Assembly: GCA_002269645.1 (NCBI GenBank)
Contig: NIVC01002717.1
Location: forward strand, 1-64,000
DNA from: Macrostomum lignano
Lineage: Eukaryota
Reading direction: 5' to 3'
DNA: 64,000 nucleotides
This document shows positions 11,304 through 23,093 of this stretch, one piece after another. The notes below the pieces were generated by a model, which was not told the origin of the DNA, searched no databases, and saw nothing but the letters and a program-made list of their open reading frames with translations. Each line of letters opens with the position of its first letter. The first letter of the stretch is position 1. A program made the position numbers and the translations under genes.

Positions 11304-11579
11304 ATCAGCTAACAAAATAATGTGGCAATGAAGTGAAATAATGGCAGACAGAGATTTCCCAATCTAAGGGACTGTTGGGCTGCCGAGTGATGGAAAACCC
11401 GTGTGTGCGATTGTTTGGCTTGATTATTGAAGACATTTTCACTGTCCCGTGTTTTTCCACTGTGGAAGTAGACTGACTAGGTTTGATGTTTTTTGGATGG
11501 ACAAACTGTTGCGTTGGCTTCTTTTCATAGCTCTTTTTTGTAGATTAGAATAATTTTTTGTAGGCTTTTAGAGACAGTT

Positions 11580-13110
11580 TTGACCCAGATACCCAGTTTC
11601 TTGGCCAGCCTCCCAGATCCTCAGTTGCTGGGCCAGCCTCCCAGATCCTCAGTTGCTGAGCCAGCCTCCCAGATCCCCAGTTGCTGGGCCAGCCTCCCAG
11701 ATCCTCAGTTGCTGGGCCAGTCTCCCAGATCCTCAGTTGCTGGGCCAGCCTCCCAGATCCTCAGTTGCTGGGCCAGCCTCCCAGATCCTCAGTTGCTGAG
11801 CCAGCCTCCCAGATCCCCAGTTGCTGGGCCAGCCTCCCAGATCCTCAGTTGCTGGGCCAGTCTCCCAGATCCTCAGTTGCTGGGCCAGCCTCCCAGATCC
11901 TCAGTTGCTGGACCAGCCTCCCAAATTCTCAGTTGCTGGGCCAGCCTCCCAGATCCACAGTTGCTGGGCCAGCCTCCCAGATCCTCAATTGCTGGGCCAG
12001 CTTCCCATATCCCCAGTTGCTGAGCCAGCCTCCCAGATCCCCAGTTGCTCCAGCCTTCCATATCCCAGTTGCTGGGCCAGCCTCCGAGATCCCCAGTTGC
12101 TCCAGCCTTCAATATCCCCAGTTGCTGGGCCAGCCCCCAGATCCTCAGTTGCTGGGCCAGCCTTCCAGATCCACAGTAGCTGGGCCAGCCTCCCAGATCC
12201 TCAGTTGCTGGGCCAGCCTCCCAGATCCTCAGTTGCTGGGCCAGTCTCCCAGATCCTCAGTTGCTGGGCCAGCCTCCCAGATCCTCAGTTGCTGGGCCAG
12301 CCTCCCAGATCCACAGTTGCTGGGCCAGCCTCCCAGATCCCCAGTTGCTGGGCCAGCCTCCCAGATCCCCAGTTGCTCCAGCCTCCCAGATCCTCAGTTG
12401 CTGAGCCAGCCTCCCAGATTCCCAGTTGCTCCAGCCTTCCATATACCCAGTTGCTGGGCCAGCCTCCCAGATCCCCAGTTGCTCCAGCCTCCCAGATCCT
12501 CAGTTGCTGAGCCAGCCTCCCAGATCCCCAGTTGCTCCAGCCTCCCAGATCCTCAGTTGCTGGGCCAGCCTCCCAGATCCCCAGTTGCTCCAGCCCCCCA
12601 GATCCTCAGTTGTTGGGCCAGCCTCCCAGATTCCCAGTTGCTCCAGCCTTCCATATACCCAGTTGCTGGGCCAGCCTCCCAGATCCCCAGTTGCTCCAGC
12701 CTCCCAGATCCTCAGTTGCTGAGCCAGCCTCCCAGATCCCCAGTTGCTCCAGCCTCCCAGATCCTCAGTTGCTGGGCCAGCCTCCCAGATCCCCAGTTGC
12801 TCCAGCCTCCCAGATCCTCAGTTGCTGAGCCAGCCTCCCAGATTCCCAGTTGCTCCAGCCTTCCATATACCCAGTTGCTGGGCCAGCCTCCCAGATCCCC
12901 AGTTGCTCCAGCCTCCCAGATCCTCAGTTGCTGAGCCAGCCTCCCAGATCCCCAGTTGCTCCAGCCTCCCAGATCCTCAGTTGCTGGGCCAGCCTCCCAG
13001 ATCCCCAGTTGCTCCAGCCCCCCAGATCCTCAGTTGTTGGGCCAGCCTTCCAGATCCGCAGTTGCTGGGCCAGCCTCCCAGATCCCCAGTTGCTCCAGCC
13101 TTCCATATCC
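11580..13110. repeat. 28-bp minisatellite (gctgggccagcctcccagatcctcagtt)
   Basis: Direct periodicity; it explains all ORFs from 11580 to 13179. A second locus lies at 24860-25350. Confidence 0.95.
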
Positions 13111-13288
13111 CCAGTAGCTAGACTGCCGCCACCTAAGAATCAGATGAACACATTAAGCTCCCACAGGCTTAGATCCTAAATCAGCTTATTTAGTTATCAG
13201 CTACATGTGAGCAGGTCAGCTTGCACACGTCATCCTGGCTACTCTTCTCGTTGCTGCATGCGCTCAGCCCCATCAGCCAGTCAGAATC

Positions 13289-13978
13289 ATGTCGAGCGGC
13301 GGCCTGACAGACGCGGACGTTGACAAGCAGATCAAACAGATGATGGCCTTCATTGAGCAGGAGGCGAATGAGAAAAAAGAAGAAATTGACAACAAAGCCG
13401 AAGAGGAGTTCAACATTGAGAAGTCGCGCATTACGCAACAGGAGCGAGTTAAAATAATGGACTTCTACACGAAGAAGGAGAAGCAAATTGAGTTGCAGAA
13501 GAAGATTCAATATTCTAACATGAAGAATCAGGGCCGGTTGAAAGTTCTACTGGCACGCGATGAGCATCTGAAATCGGTGCTAGAGGACACTACTCAGCAG
13601 CTGCGTCAGATCACTGGAGATCGGGCTCGATACGAGCAGCTAATCGAGAGCCTCATCACCCAGGGCCTGTTCCAGCTTCTCGAACCCGCTGCCGTGGTTC
13701 GCTGCCGTGAAGCCGACACCGACATCGCCGAGAAAGCCCTCGGCGCGGCCATCAATCGGTACAAAGAAGCCACTGGTAAAGAGGTGAAAGTGTCGCTAGA
13801 TAAGAAGGCCTTTTTACCTGCTGACTCCGTTGGCGGTGTGGATATTGTTGGCAGGGAGGGCAAAATCCTTGTGTGCAACAATCTGGAGAGTCGACTGGAG
13901 CAAATTAGCCAGCAGATGGTGCCGGAGCTGAGGCACATCCTGTTCGGCCCCAATCCCAATCGGAAGTTTATGGATTAG
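13289..13978 (+). CDS. ATP6V1E: V-type proton ATPase subunit E, intronless
   Basis: 229 aa: L.DADV.KQIKQMMAFIEQEANEK.EEID.KAEEEFNIEK.R..Q....KIM.FY.KKEKQIELQKKIQ.SN..NQ.RLKVL.AR..GG..I...NNLESRL...LFG.NPNRKFMD. Confidence 0.97.
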   Translation: MSSGGLTDADVDKQIKQMMAFIEQEANEKKEEIDNKAEEEFNIEKSRITQQERVKIMDFYTKKEKQIELQKKIQYSNMKNQGRLKVLLARDEHLKSVLEDTTQQLRQITGDRARYEQLIESLITQGLFQLLEPAAVVRCREADTDIAEKALGAAINRYKEATGKEVKVSLDKKAFLPADSVGGVDIVGREGKILVCNNLESRLEQISQQMVPELRHILFGPNPNRKFMD

Positions 13979-14159
13979 AGCGGAGATTGGACACGATTTG
14001 AGTTCTTTAATTAAACTGAACGGAACTTTGCTCGTTTTCATTAATAATCCTATTGATTGAGTCTGTTTAGCTTGAGTAGTTTTCCATGAGTAGTTTGTTA
14101 GTCAGTTACAAAACTTTCATGTGGGTCTATAATGAAGTTATTATAGCTTTAAAATCTTC

Positions 14160-14610
14160 CATATGACGTCCTCTTTGAACTGAGTAGACATTAAGTCATT
14201 CTAGAACTCAGTAGCTTATGACGTCATTTTAAAACTCAGTAGCCTATGATGCCATCTTTAAACTCAGTAAACTCATTAGACCTGTGACGTCATTTTACAA
14301 CCTTAGTAAATCTATGACGTCATTTTAGAACTTATCAGATCTGACGTCATCTTAGGGGAAGTTCTATGACGGCATCTAGAACTCAGCTGATATATGACGT
14401 CATCTAGAACTCGGCTGATCTATGACTTTGACCTTTGATCTTTGACCTCAGCTGATCTGTAACGTCACCTTAGAACTCAGCTGATCTAGATCTATGACGT
14501 CATCTTAAAAATAATCAGATCTGACGTCATCTTAGATGAAGTTAAAGCTCCGCAGATCTGTGACGTCATCTAGAACTTGGCTGATCTATGACATCATCTT
14601 AGATCATAGC
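14160..14610. repeat. Degenerate ~28-30-bp minisatellite carrying eight TGACGTCA palindromes
   Basis: TGACGTCA at 14219, 14285, 14315, 14342, 14395, 14495, 14522 and 14561. Confidence 0.85.
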
Positions 14611-15539
14611 CAGTAAGCCAGGTTAAAAAAGGAAATGCAGTTATACCAAGCATACTACTATTGCTGCATCGAAGTTCTGTTACGTGCGAATCAAACCATG
14701 ATCACCAAAAATGTAGTAAACTATTATAATTTCTAACAAGCTTATGCTCAGTATGTTTTAGAAATTGAATTGAGTATCAAAAGTATGATTAAAATATCGT
14801 TTAATATTCTTGTTTCCATAAAAGCGCGCGCTTTCTACACTACTGCGCTGTCAGTGGTCAGTAGTGCAACTAGTTTATTTCTCCAAGCATAATAGCAGTG
14901 CAGTTGCGCTATGCTTTCTTGGTTTGTTTGCTGATTTTACATTAAATTATGCATAATTTCAATGCTCATTGATTCCATTAAATATCCTATTAAGTTTACT
15001 ACGAGCAATATGTAATAAATGCAATAGTTATCCCGAAGATATATTCTGACTTAGTATTTTCAATTTTATGATGCGAGAATTGTGACGTTTTAGTCTAGCT
15101 CTTTTTTGCGCAATATTTATTGAGTTATTGCTTATTTTGATGTATCCAAGGTGCAAGGTTCAAGTTTAGAGCAGATGGCAGATTGAGAGCACTAGGCTTT
15201 ACATAAATTTTTTTCAATTACTTGTTATCGTGTTATTACGAGCTATTTGTAATTTATTGCGCGGTGCCAATTATTTTATCTTCCCGTCTTCCTGGTTGCT
15301 GATTTCGTCACCTTTACAATAAAATCATTAAATATAAGCTAAAATAAAATGCTGGATAAACTAATTTTATTTAGTCTTAATATTGGTTTGTTATTGTGTC
15401 ATCATTTTTCCATTATTTCCAATTAGTATGCTAAAATGTTTTGACTGCTACTGAATATTGTTGCCAGTAGGTTGGTAAGCATATTGATGTATTAATAATT
15501 TGAAAAATCCCTTAAAATTCAGATTTTTTTTAAAACGAC

Positions 15540-18500
15540 ATGTCTGCCAGCTACGGCGGTGAGCAGCAACAAGAGGAGGTCGCTGGTTCGAATCCTTGCT
15601 TGCCGCCGTCGCAGACGCCTCGCGGCCGTGTCGGCTTCTGCATGTGGATTGTGGGCCCATTAATCTACGTTTGGGGCGGCTACGAGGTGCAGCGCAGGTT
15701 GCCGGCGAGCTTCTGGCCTCAGCCTGTGGCCTTCGGCGCCGGCGGAATTCATAATCAGCTGCAACAGCAGCAACTGCTGCTTCAGCATCTGCAACAGCAC
15801 CTGAACGAGTCGGATTCTGACGATGAGTCCGACTCTGATGAGGACATTGACCAGCAGGAACAGCAGCAGCTGGCGCCCCAGCTGCCGCCACCTCCGTTTC
15901 CACTGGAAGAAGCATTCGCTGACGATATTGACGACGAGTTTGCTGATGACGATTTTGTTGACGATGATGATGAGGATGATGTTGATCAGCCTGGTGAGTT
16001 CGTCTGGTTCATGCTTGAGTTATTGTTTTAGAATGCGCTTTTTTCCTTTGAATGTACTGCTTTTTTTGCTTTTTGTTAAAATGTACTTTTATTTGTACTT
16101 TTAAAATGTACTTTTTAGGTTTTGTTGGAATGTGATTGCAAATCTTACAATAAAAATTCCTTTTAAGACTTGTTATAATGTAATTTTTTGTTTCTTTTAT
16201 GTACTTTTAATTTTTTGTTTAAATGTACTTTTAAGTTCCGTTAGAATGTACTTAAAAACTTTTGTCAGAATCTACGTCTAAGTTAATTACTAGGCTTTAT
16301 TATATCTTTTCTATTAGTCAAATTTTTAATTTAGCATGAATTTGTCTTACTATCTATTGCTATTTGTACGTATAAATTTTCTTTTAAAAATGACTCACTG
16401 CTATCCTTTATTAATCACCTGCTAGCACCGCCACCTGCTGTCCAGAATCTTGGCGGCGGCATCAACAACGCCAATCAGCCGAATGCACTGCCAGCTCGCA
16501 GGCCGGATGTCTATCGCCAATCTACCTGGGTGCCAGGAGACCGACTGCTGTGCTATTGCACCGACAGTCGCAGATGGGTATGGCACGCTGCTGATGGATG
16601 TCGTACTGGGATTTTCACTGCCGATGCTCTCCTCCCTCAGATCCTTCAGTTTCTGATGCTCTCCTCCCTCAGATCCTTCAGTGTCTGATGCTCTCCTCCC
16701 TCAGATCCTTCAGTGTCTGATGCTCTCCTCCCTCAGATCCTTCAGTGTCTGATGCTCTCCTCCCTCAGATCCTTCAGTTTCTGATGCTCTCCTCCCTCAG
16801 ATCCTTCAGTTTCTGATGCTCTCCTCCCTCAGATCCTTCAGTTTCTGATGCTCTCCTCCCTCAGATCCTTCAGTGTCTGGTGCTCTCCTCCCTCAGATCC
16901 TTCAGTGTCTGATACTCTCCTCCCTCAGATCCTTCAGTTTCTGATGCTCTCCTCCCTCAGATCCTTCAGTGTCTGATGCTCTCCTCCCTCAGATCCTTCA
17001 GTGTCTGATGCTCTCCTCCCTCAGATCCTTCAGTGTCTGATACTCTCCTCCCTCAGATCCTTCAGTGTCTGATGCTCTCCTCCCTCAGGCCCTTCAGTGT
17101 CTGATGCTCTCATCCCTCAGGTCCTTCAGGACCTGATTCTCCTCTTTCAAAATCAGATCATTCAGGGCCTGGTTTTCTCCTTCCTCAGGTCCTTCACGGC
17201 CGCCGCTACCCTCAAACTACATCAACATGTTCCTTCCACCAAATTCAACAGGTGAAAATACGCCTGCATCTTGAAGGGCTTGGCAGCAACACCCATCAAC
17301 TCCGCAATTTCCTGTCCGGTTTTTCCGGCTCAGCTTGCTGCTCAAACTCGGACGACACCAGACTGTACATAAGCGGCGGATTCAATGAAACTGTTCACAC
17401 TGCCCTGTCCGCAACTAATGCTATTTATTCTATTCACGTGAATTGCAATACGAGTAGGCAGACAGATGCCGCTGTTTATTCAGTTTCCTGTCAGTTTAGT
17501 ATGGAGACGAGGTGAGTTGGCGCTCCTGTCATTGCTGCGCCCTAGCTGTTCTTGGGTGTCTGTGAAGGTTCAGGTCAGGGTGTCTGTGAAGGTTCAGGTC
17601 AGGGTGTCTGTGAAGGGTTCAGGTCAGGGTGTCTGTGAAGTGTTCAGATCAGAGTGTCTGTGGAGGGTTCAGATCAGAGTGTCTGTGAAGGGTTCAGATC
17701 AGAGTGTCTGTGAAGGGTTTAGATCAGGTATCTGAGGGTTCAGATCAGGTATCTGAGGGTTCAGATCAGGTATCTGAGGGTTCAGATCAGGTATCTGAGG
17801 GTTCAGATCAGGTATCTAAGGGTTCAGATCAGGTATCTAAGGGTTCAGAATCAGATCAGGTATCTAAGGGTTCAGATCAGGTATCTGAGGGTTCAGATCA
17901 GGTATCTAAGGGTTCAGATCAGGTATCTAAGGGTTCAGATCAGGTATCTAAGGGTTCAGATCAGGTATCTGAGGGTTCAGATCAGGTATCTAAGGGTTCA
18001 GATCAGGTATCTAAGGGTTCAGATCAGGTATCTAAGGGTTCAGAATCAGATCAGGTATCTAAGGGTTCAGATCAGGTATCTAAGGGTTCAGATCAGGTAT
18101 CTAAGGGTTCAGATCAGGTATCTAAGGGTTCAGATCAGGTATCTAAGGGTTCAGATCAGGTATCTAAGGGTTCAGATCAGGTATCTAAGGGTTCAGAATC
18201 AGATCAGGTATCTAAGGGTTCAGATCAGGTATCTAAGGGTTCAGATCAGGTATCTAAGGGTTCAGATCAGGTATCTAAGGGTTCAGAATCAGATCAGGTA
18301 TCTAAGGGTTCAGAATCAGATCAGGTATCTAAGGGTTCAGAATCAGATCAGGTATCTAAGGGTTCAGATCAGGTATCTAAGGGTTCAGAATCAGATCAGG
18401 TATCTAAGGGTTCAGATCAGGTATCTAAGGGTTCAGATCAGGTATCTAAGGGTTCAGAATCAGATCAGGTATCTGTACCGGTAGGGTGTCTGTAGGTTCA

Positions 18501-20607
18501 GTCAGTGTGCCTAAACAGTAGGATGAGAAATCTATTTTCGTCGCTAAAAATCTTCGCAAAAAATCCTTCGCTATTTTAAATTGACGCAGGGGCCCGCCAG
18601 GCCAGCGGGTGCCCATGCCCCGGGACAAGCACAGTGCCATCTACTGGCGCAACCGTTTGTTAATATTTGGTGGCTACTGTTTGAATCCGCCAACAAATCT
18701 AATGAACTCGGTGAATTATTGCGGCTCTTCAATCAGTCTGCAGGACGTGTTCTTCAGTCCCGAGTGCTTCCAGCCTAATGACAGTTTGCGGTTCGCTTGG
18801 TCCAACGAATTGCTGCAGTTTGACTTAGCCACGGGCGCTTGGAGCCAGCTGCATCGTAATTATACTTACATATATCTCCAATATTCAATATTCATGGTAA
18901 TCCCCATCCCATGAAAATGCCTATATCCTTTAGTCCCTATCCCACGATAATCCCAAACTTCGTTAATCTCCATCAACGACAATCCCAATATCCGTTATCC
19001 CCCACCCACGATAATCCCAATGTTCGTTAATCCTCATCCCACGATAATCCCAATGTTCGTTAATCTTCATCCCACGATAATCCTAATCTCGTTAATCCCA
19101 TCCCATTATAATCCCAATGTTCGTTAATCCTCATTCCACGATAATCCCAGCCTTCGTTATCCCCCACCCACGATAATCCCAATATCCGTTATTCCCCACC
19201 CACGATAATCCCAATATCCGTTAATCCTCATCCCATTATAATCCCAATGTTCGTTAATCTTCATTCCACGATAATCCTAATCTTCGTTATTCCATCCCAC
19301 GATAATCCCAGCCCTCGTTAATCTCCATCCCCGATAATCCCAATATTCTTTGTTCATTATCCCACGATAATCCCAATGTTCGTTAATCCTATCCCATGAT
19401 AATCTCAATTTTCGTTACTCCCCATCCCATCCCATAATCCCATAAGACCCCCTATTCATATTCATACCCAGTTAATCCCCACGCGGCTCACCCTAACCTG
19501 TTGGCACCAACTGGATTTCAGCCGAAGGCACCCCGCCGACGCCTCGCGCCGCCCACTCGATGATTCGCGTTGGCTCTCGCGCCCTGCTATTTGGCGGCCG
19601 GGTCCTTGACAGGCGAACAAACGACCTGTTCTGCCTGTGCCTCGAGTCGCTTCAGTGGACCCGGCTGCAGCCGCAAGGCTCGCTGCCCGAGCCTCGGTCA
19701 TGGACCACCTTTGTCCAGGTGGGACCAAGTCACGTGTTCTGCTTCGGCGGCTATCCTTGGGCTGATCCGCCTGCCGAGCTGCGGCCTTTTAATAATTGCT
19801 TCCTGTACGACCTGGTTGGCAACCGCTTCCAGAAGCTGAAGGTAACGACTTTTCAATTTGTGTGTTGGGTCACGTCGGGTGAGGTCAGGGGTCAGTTGTG
19901 TTCAGGTTCAATCCAGGTCATTATTGGTTATGTGCGTTTTCGAAAATTAATCCAAGTCGCACGTTACGTTTGTATTCAGCGATCAGTCTTGGTCGGGGTG
20001 TGTAATTAAGGTCATTCCAGGTCAGGGTGTGTAGTTAAGGTCACTCCAGGTCAGGGTGTGTAGTTAAGGTCACTCCAGGTCAGGGTGTGTAGTTAAGGTC
20101 ATTCCAAGTCAGGGTGTATAGTTAAGGTCATTCCAGGTCAGAGTGTGTAATTAAGGTCTCTCCAGGTCAGGGTGTGTAATTAAGGTCACTCCAGGTCAGG
20201 GTGTGTAATTAAGGTCACTCCAGGTAATGGTGTGCAATTAAGGTCACTCCAGGTAATGGTGTGCAATTAAGGTCACCCCAGCCCATATCGCACCCCATCG
20301 CCCCCAGCTGCCCGACCGGCCAGGCCTGCTGTGGCACGGCAGCTGCTCCCAGCTGGCCAATCGCAGCGCCTTCATCTGGGGCGGCTGCACCGAAGACATT
20401 ATGCAGCAGGCCTATCGCCGCGACTTCAACTCAACCGTGCTGGAATTTCCTCGGCTGCTGGTGCCACCGCTGTCCGCTCTGTGCGCCGACCTGGTGGTCC
20501 GCTCGCCCCTGGTGTATCCGCTAGGGATGCTGAAATCGCATTGGCCAGTTACTAAGGAGCTCATTCAGCGCCGGCTGCTCATGTCCGGCCCGCTGTTGGG
20601 CGGATAA
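15540..20607 (+). CDS. KLHDC2: KLHDC2/KLHDC1-like kelch-repeat protein with C-terminal BC-box (CRL2 substrate receptor); 6 exons, ~583 aa
   Basis: Exons 15540-15993, 16426-16577, 17252-17511 (alternative in-frame acceptor 17189), 18590-18855, 19522-19841, 20308-20607. All junctions are GT-AG and phase-consistent (1752 nt). Motifs YVWGGY, SGFSGSAC..LYISGGF, PRDKHS..LLIFGGY, WSNEL, PTPRAAHS..LLFGGRVLDRRTNDL, PRSW..FCFGGY, LLWHGSC..FIWGGC and VPPLSALCADLV (BC-box-like) parallel human KLHDC2. Confidence 0.85.
16625..17150. repeat. 32-bp minisatellite in KLHDC2-like intron 2
   Basis: gatgctctcctccctcagatccttcagt[t/g]tct, ~16 copies. Confidence 0.95.
17555..18490. repeat. 21-bp minisatellite (ggttcagatcaggtatctaag) with 27-bp variant, intron 3
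   Basis: Direct periodicity; it produces the spurious GSDQVSK ORF. Confidence 0.95.
18930..19470. repeat. Degenerate ~33-bp minisatellite (cccacgataatcccaatgttcgttaatcctcat), intron 4
   Basis: Direct periodicity. Confidence 0.9.
19990..20275. repeat. 29-bp minisatellite (caggtcagggtgtgtagttaaggtcactc), intron 5
   Basis: Direct periodicity; it contains AGGTCA-n4-AGGTCA. Confidence 0.95.
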
Positions 20608-20699
20608 ATTTGACACGGGCTTCATTCCTGGGCTCCCTGGTGGACTCATCCGCATTGGTTATTGCTGGAGTGTTGTACAGCTTGTCTAATCTCCTTGTG

Positions 20700-21690
20700 T
20701 GCCTCATCTCTGACCTGTCTCTCTCTCATCTCACCTGTCTCCCTCCCATCTCACCTGTCTCCCTCCCATCTCACCTGTCTCCCTCTCATCTCACCTGTCT
20801 CCCTCTCATCTCACCCGTCCCTCTCTCATCTCACCTGTCTCTCATCTCACCTGTCTCCCTCTATCTCACCTGTCTCCCTCTCATCTCACCTGTCTCCCTC
20901 TCATCTCACCCGTCCTTCTCTCATCTCACCTATCTCTCATCTCACCTGTCTCTCATCTCACCTGTCTCTCATCTCACCTGTCTTCCTCTATCTCACCTGT
21001 CTCCTCATCTCACCCGTCTCTCTCTCATCTCACCTGTCTCTCATCTCACCTGTCTTCCTCTATCTCACCTGTCTCCTCATCTCACCCGTCTCTCTCTCAT
21101 CTCACCCGTCTCTCTCTCTCTCTCATCTCACCTTTCTCCCTCTCATCTCACCCGTCTCTTTCTCATCTCACCTGTTTCCCTCTAATTTCACTTGTCTCCC
21201 TCTCATCTCACCTGTCTCCCTCTCATTTCACTTGTCTCCCTCTCATCTCACCTGTCTCCCTCTCATTTCACTTGTCTCCCTCTCATCTCACCTGTCTCCC
21301 TCTCATCTCACCTGTCTCCCTCTCATCTCACCTGTCTCCCTCTCATTTCACTTGTCTCCCTCTCATTTCACTTGTCTCCCTCTCATCTCACCTGTCTCCC
21401 TCTCATTTCACTTGTCTCCCTCTCATCTCACCTGTCTCCCTCTCATCTCACCTGTCTCCCTCTCATCTCACCTGTCTCCCTCTCATTTCACTTGTCTCCC
21501 TCTCATCTCACCTGTCTCCCTCTCATCTCACCTGTCTCCCTCTCATTTCACTTGTCTCCCTCTCATCTCACCTGTCTCCCTCTCATTTCACTTGTCTCCC
21601 TCTCATCTCACCTGTCTCCCTCTCATTTCACTTGTCTCCCTCTCATCTCACCTGTCTCCCTCTCATTTCACTTGTCTCCCTCTCATCTCA
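20700..21690. repeat. 20-bp pyrimidine-rich minisatellite (ctcacctgtctccctctcat)
   Basis: Direct periodicity, starting ~90 bp after the KLHDC2-like stop codon. Confidence 0.95.
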
Positions 21691-22189
21691 CCTCTCTCCG
21701 TCAGTTTTCCAGCATAGGCAATGTACCTATCGCTGCAGATACACAATAGACCAGCCGGCTTATGCAAGCGTATTGCTACCGCTTTACTACTTTATAATAT
21801 TCAAGCACCAGAGTTGATTTTGTGTACATATCAAATTAAGAAGTCTTTGTTTTCTGTCCAATTGCTTGTGAAAAAAAACCTTGTTTGTTTTGCAGTTTCT
21901 ATAAATTTTGTGATCATTGGCTTCAAAAACATTTTAACTACTTTACAAAGATTTTTGATGGCAGTTATTGTTAGTAAGTACAATTTAGCAGTCTAATATA
22001 TAAATAAATAATTGAATGATTGTTCATTTCATGTTAGAATACAAATTGTCACTGCTTTCAAACTTCTTTACTGTTTTCTTCTTCAATAATTTTGTTCATT
22101 GTTTGTAACCAAGATTTAGTTAGGTTCACTCTAACTTGGTAAAAAAAAGTCGCTCTGGTATGCCAGAATCATTTTATTAGTTGTCCCTC

Positions 22190-23030
22190 TGGTACATCAG
22201 TGACCCTCTAGATTGTCAGTCTGGTACATCAGTGACCCTCTAGATTGTCAGTCTGGTACATCAGTGACCCTCTAGATTGTCAGTCTGGTACATCAGTGGC
22301 ACTCTAGATTGTCACTCTGGTACATCAGTGGCACTCTAGATTGTCACTCTGGTACATCAGTGGCACTCTAGATTGTCACTCTGGTACATCAGTGGCACTC
22401 TAGATTGTCACTCTGGTACATCAGTGACCCTCTAGATTGTCACTCTGGTACATCAGTGGCACTCTAGATTGTCACTCTGGTACATCAGTGGCACTCTAGA
22501 TTGTCACTCTGGTACATCAGTGGCACTCTAGATTGTCACTCTGGTACATCAGTGGCACTCTAGATTGTCACTCTGGTACATCAGTGGCACTCTAGATTGT
22601 CACTCTGGTACATCAGTGGCACTCTAGATTGTCACTCTGGTACATCAGTGGCACTCTAGATTGTCCCTCTGGTACATCAGTGACCCTCTAGATTGTCAGT
22701 CTGGTACATCAGTGACCCTCTAGATTGTCAGTCTGGTACATCAGTGGCACTCTAGATTGTCACTCTGGTACATCAGTGACCCTCTAGATTGTCACTCTGG
22801 TACATCAGTGGCACTCTAGATTGTCACTCTGGTACATCAGTGGCACTCTAGATTGTCACTCTGGTTCATCAGTGGCACTCTAGATTGTCACTCTGGTACA
22901 ACTGTGATACTGTAGATTGTCACTCTGGTACAACTGTGATACTGTAGATTGTCACTCAGGTTCATCAGTGGCACTCTAGATTGTCACTCTAGTACAACAT
23001 TGGCACTCGAGATTGTCACCCTGGCACATC
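22190..23030. repeat. 32-bp minisatellite (ctggtacatcagtggcactctagattgtcact)
   Basis: Periodicity e.g. 22321 and 22353; ends ~60 bp before the RBM42 ATG. Confidence 0.95.
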
Positions 23031-23093
23031 AGTAAAATCTGTACTTAAATTTACTTTACCAAAGAACAGCAGGTCCTCTCCCCTACCATATTC

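Noticed and set aside
10854-11331. Antisense and alternate-frame ORFs over rps26 (likewise over ATP6V1E, RBM42, foxQ2 and the membrane gene)
   Set aside because: Shadow ORFs of GC-rich coding sequence.
11580-13179. Pro/Ser-rich ORFs up to 417 aa
   Set aside because: Translations of the 28-bp minisatellite in shifting frames.
17704-18495. 263-aa (GSDQVSK)n ORF
   Set aside because: Lies wholly within a phase-consistent intron of the KLHDC2-like gene; it is a 21-bp repeat artefact.
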